A stretch of 62,506 bases of DNA, counting the filler. It is 6 parts of 6 records of this genome, joined end to end, with 100 filler letters (N's around TTAATTAATTAA, not from the genome) between each part and the next. Parts side by side here need not be neighbours in the genome. Positions count along the whole stretch, not along the records: positions 53,847 to 62,506 come from SRR31156797_1776; 5 more parts are not named here. One strand, 5' to 3'. Positions 60,798-62,506 of the stretch are shown here, in pieces. Position numbers and translations under genes: made by a program. Each line of letters starts with the position of its first letter. Position 1 is the first letter of the stretch. The notes beneath the pieces were generated by a model. That model worked only from the letters and a program-made list of their open reading frames with translations. It searched no databases and was not told where the DNA came from.

Positions 60798-62114
60798 TTA
60801 AATATCAGATTCATAGAAACCACTCAGCAATTTTTTAAAAAGACTATTGCTCTGTTCGTGAAGGTTTTTATAATCTTCAGTCAATTTGTTACTGATATAT
60901 TCGTGATTATCCACAATAAAATCAATTTTTTTTCTGGTTTCATCTAAATTTTCAGCAAACTCCTTCTTCAGTTCATTTACCGGATAATCTATCATTCTCA
61001 ACAAGCCTTCAATTTTGTGAGTTTTAGCATTTACGGGCAAAAACGGAGTACCCGCCATAACTGAAAATACCGCTGCATGATACCTGTCGGTAATCACAAA
61101 CTTCATTTTTTTCATCAAAGCAATCGTTTTGATATAATCAAGATTTTCGCTTACCTCGGAAATTCCACACGCAGCATTCAATTTTTTATACACAATTTTA
61201 TCACAGGCTTTGCAGGTATAAAAAAAATAAAGATCAAGGTTGTATTTTTCTCTAATATATTTAATAACGCCTAGCCAAAACTCAGTATTTATTTCCTTAT
61301 CTCCCCTCAGATTTACACCAACACTTCCCTGGTATTTACCGGGAATTGCTACTTTACTCAAATCATAATTTCCACTATTAATATCTATCCCGAAAGCCGA
61401 ATCGGGCATCAGGCCGATTTTTTGTCCGCTGATCCCAATATCCAGTAAAATTTGCTGAGTAACAGGCTCTCTCACAAAATTGTAGTCAACAATACTTAAA
61501 ACAGAATTTGCAATTTTTTTGAGCAGGGGGTCATTTAAATACAAGGTATAATTTGCAGCAATCACCTTTTTGCCCATCATTTTGGCAAGATACATTTCAA
61601 AAAGATAGCCCGGCACCCAGGGCTTGTTATGATCCCTAAGATTTCCTCCACCACTAAAAATGATCAGATCAGCATCTTTAATTTTAGAAAAAAAATCAGC
61701 CGCTGCAAGCGATTTCAAAAGCCAGGCTCTGATTTTATCAGGATAACTGAAATTATATTTTTTTAGCGTTCTTAATTCCCAACCTTTTACAAATTTGTTT
61801 TTAATCAATATCGAATCAGTAAGCAAATATTTCAGGAATTTCGAATCCCCTTTTTGCGCCAACAAATTAACTTTACCAAACCACTTTTTAAGGACGATTT
61901 CAATATCTCCCGTTTTTTTATGGTCCCGCTTCAGTTGTGTGTAATTTAAATAAGGGAAATTTTTCCAGCCGCCTGAAATCAATTCAAATGATCCTTGTCT
62001 TTGGATTAAATCGTACAGTCCGATGGATAATGCTGTGTCGCCGAGGTTAATCCCATGTTCAAGCACTTTCTTTTTATCCAGTAAAATCAGGATTTTCGTC
62101 GGTTGTTTTCCCAT
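60798..62114 (-). CDS. polysaccharide pyruvyl transferase family protein
   Basis: NLGD, SGGG, VRE..T, PD.AF, RYHA; start moved to MGKQ. Confidence 0.88.
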   Translation of the reverse strand: MGKQPTKILILLDKKKVLEHGINLGDTALSIGLYDLIQRQGSFELISGGWKNFPYLNYTQLKRDHKKTGDIEIVLKKWFGKVNLLAQKGDSKFLKYLLTDSILIKNKFVKGWELRTLKKYNFSYPDKIRAWLLKSLAAADFFSKIKDADLIIFSGGGNLRDHNKPWVPGYLFEMYLAKMMGKKVIAANYTLYLNDPLLKKIANSVLSIVDYNFVREPVTQQILLDIGISGQKIGLMPDSAFGIDINSGNYDLSKVAIPGKYQGSVGVNLRGDKEINTEFWLGVIKYIREKYNLDLYFFYTCKACDKIVYKKLNAACGISEVSENLDYIKTIALMKKMKFVITDRYHAAVFSVMAGTPFLPVNAKTHKIEGLLRMIDYPVNELKKEFAENLDETRKKIDFIVDNHEYISNKLTEDYKNLHEQSNSLFKKLLSGFYESDI

Positions 62115-62388
62115 TAAAAAAATCCTGTTATAAAAGATGATACATTTTGGCCCATTATCAAAGTCTTGATGATTACCTTTAGAGGCAATGAATGCAAATG
62201 TATTTAAAAACATCGATGCGTCCTGGATCAATTAAAAAATTCAGCAGATTAAGAAAGGATAAGGTTTATCTGGTTAGCCGGAAATTGTATGCGAATAAAG
62301 AATTGCACTTTGAACTTCACCGGCTAAATAATTTCTTGAAGTCGGTAGCAAATAGCTCCAATCAATCTTCAGAATCCTGAAGGCTTTC

Positions 62389-62506
62389 TTACTCCACCAC
62401 CTCGTAAATCATCATGGGCCTGGCTTTGTTTTTTAGGCTTACTTCGCCTACCTTTTTGCATTTGAAGGACTCTTTCACTTTTTCGTAAGAACCCTCACTG
62501 ATGATG
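62389..62506 (-). CDS. C-terminal end of a class III adenylate cyclase (not in the ORF track)
   Basis: My translation: IISEGSYEKVKESFKCKKVGEVSLKNKARPMMIYEVVE*. Confidence 0.85.
   Translation of the reverse strand, partial: IISEGSYEKVKESFKCKKVGEVSLKNKARPMMIYEVVE

Noticed and set aside
1-62506. CRISPR arrays, rRNA, tRNA, prophage, retron/DGR or known defence genes
   Set aside because: None recognised by eye; short RNAs could be missed without covariance searches

Overview
This window is not one locus. It is six contigs joined by identical 100-nt artificial spacers (N44-TTAATTAATTAA-N44 at 10461, 19295, 38405, 45001 and 53747), and base composition differs visibly between them, so they may come from different organisms. 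A (1-10460, AT-rich): chemoreceptor, a 1785-aa Ser/Thr kinase-NTPase-GAF-PP2C protein, a hypothetical gene and a partial tag. B (10561-19294): Wzx/Wzy exopolysaccharide cluster with a WbpB/D/E-like trio, headed by a degenerate GGDEF-like ORF. C (19395-38404, very AT-rich): 19-kb nonulosonic-acid polysaccharide cluster with an embedded 8-gene ACP-dependent tailoring module and a truncated IS630, bracketed by matching IS-like inverted termini. D (38505-45000, GC-rich): a c-di-GMP-I (GEMM) riboswitch heading an operon of two periplasmic-binding-type proteins, a TonB-dependent receptor and a HAMP-PAS class III nucleotide cyclase. E (45101-53746): chemoreceptor, solute-binding protein, malQ, tandem ChbG-like deacetylases, esterase, amidohydrolase. 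F (53847-62506): sulfotransferase/glycosyltransferase/pyruvyltransferase cassette with consecutive pieces of one cyclase 3' end at its two ends. The best candidates for undescribed systems are the riboswitch-controlled trans-envelope cyclase operon (D) and the ACP-dependent acyl-tailoring module (C). All product calls come from motif recognition by eye; no database searches were run.
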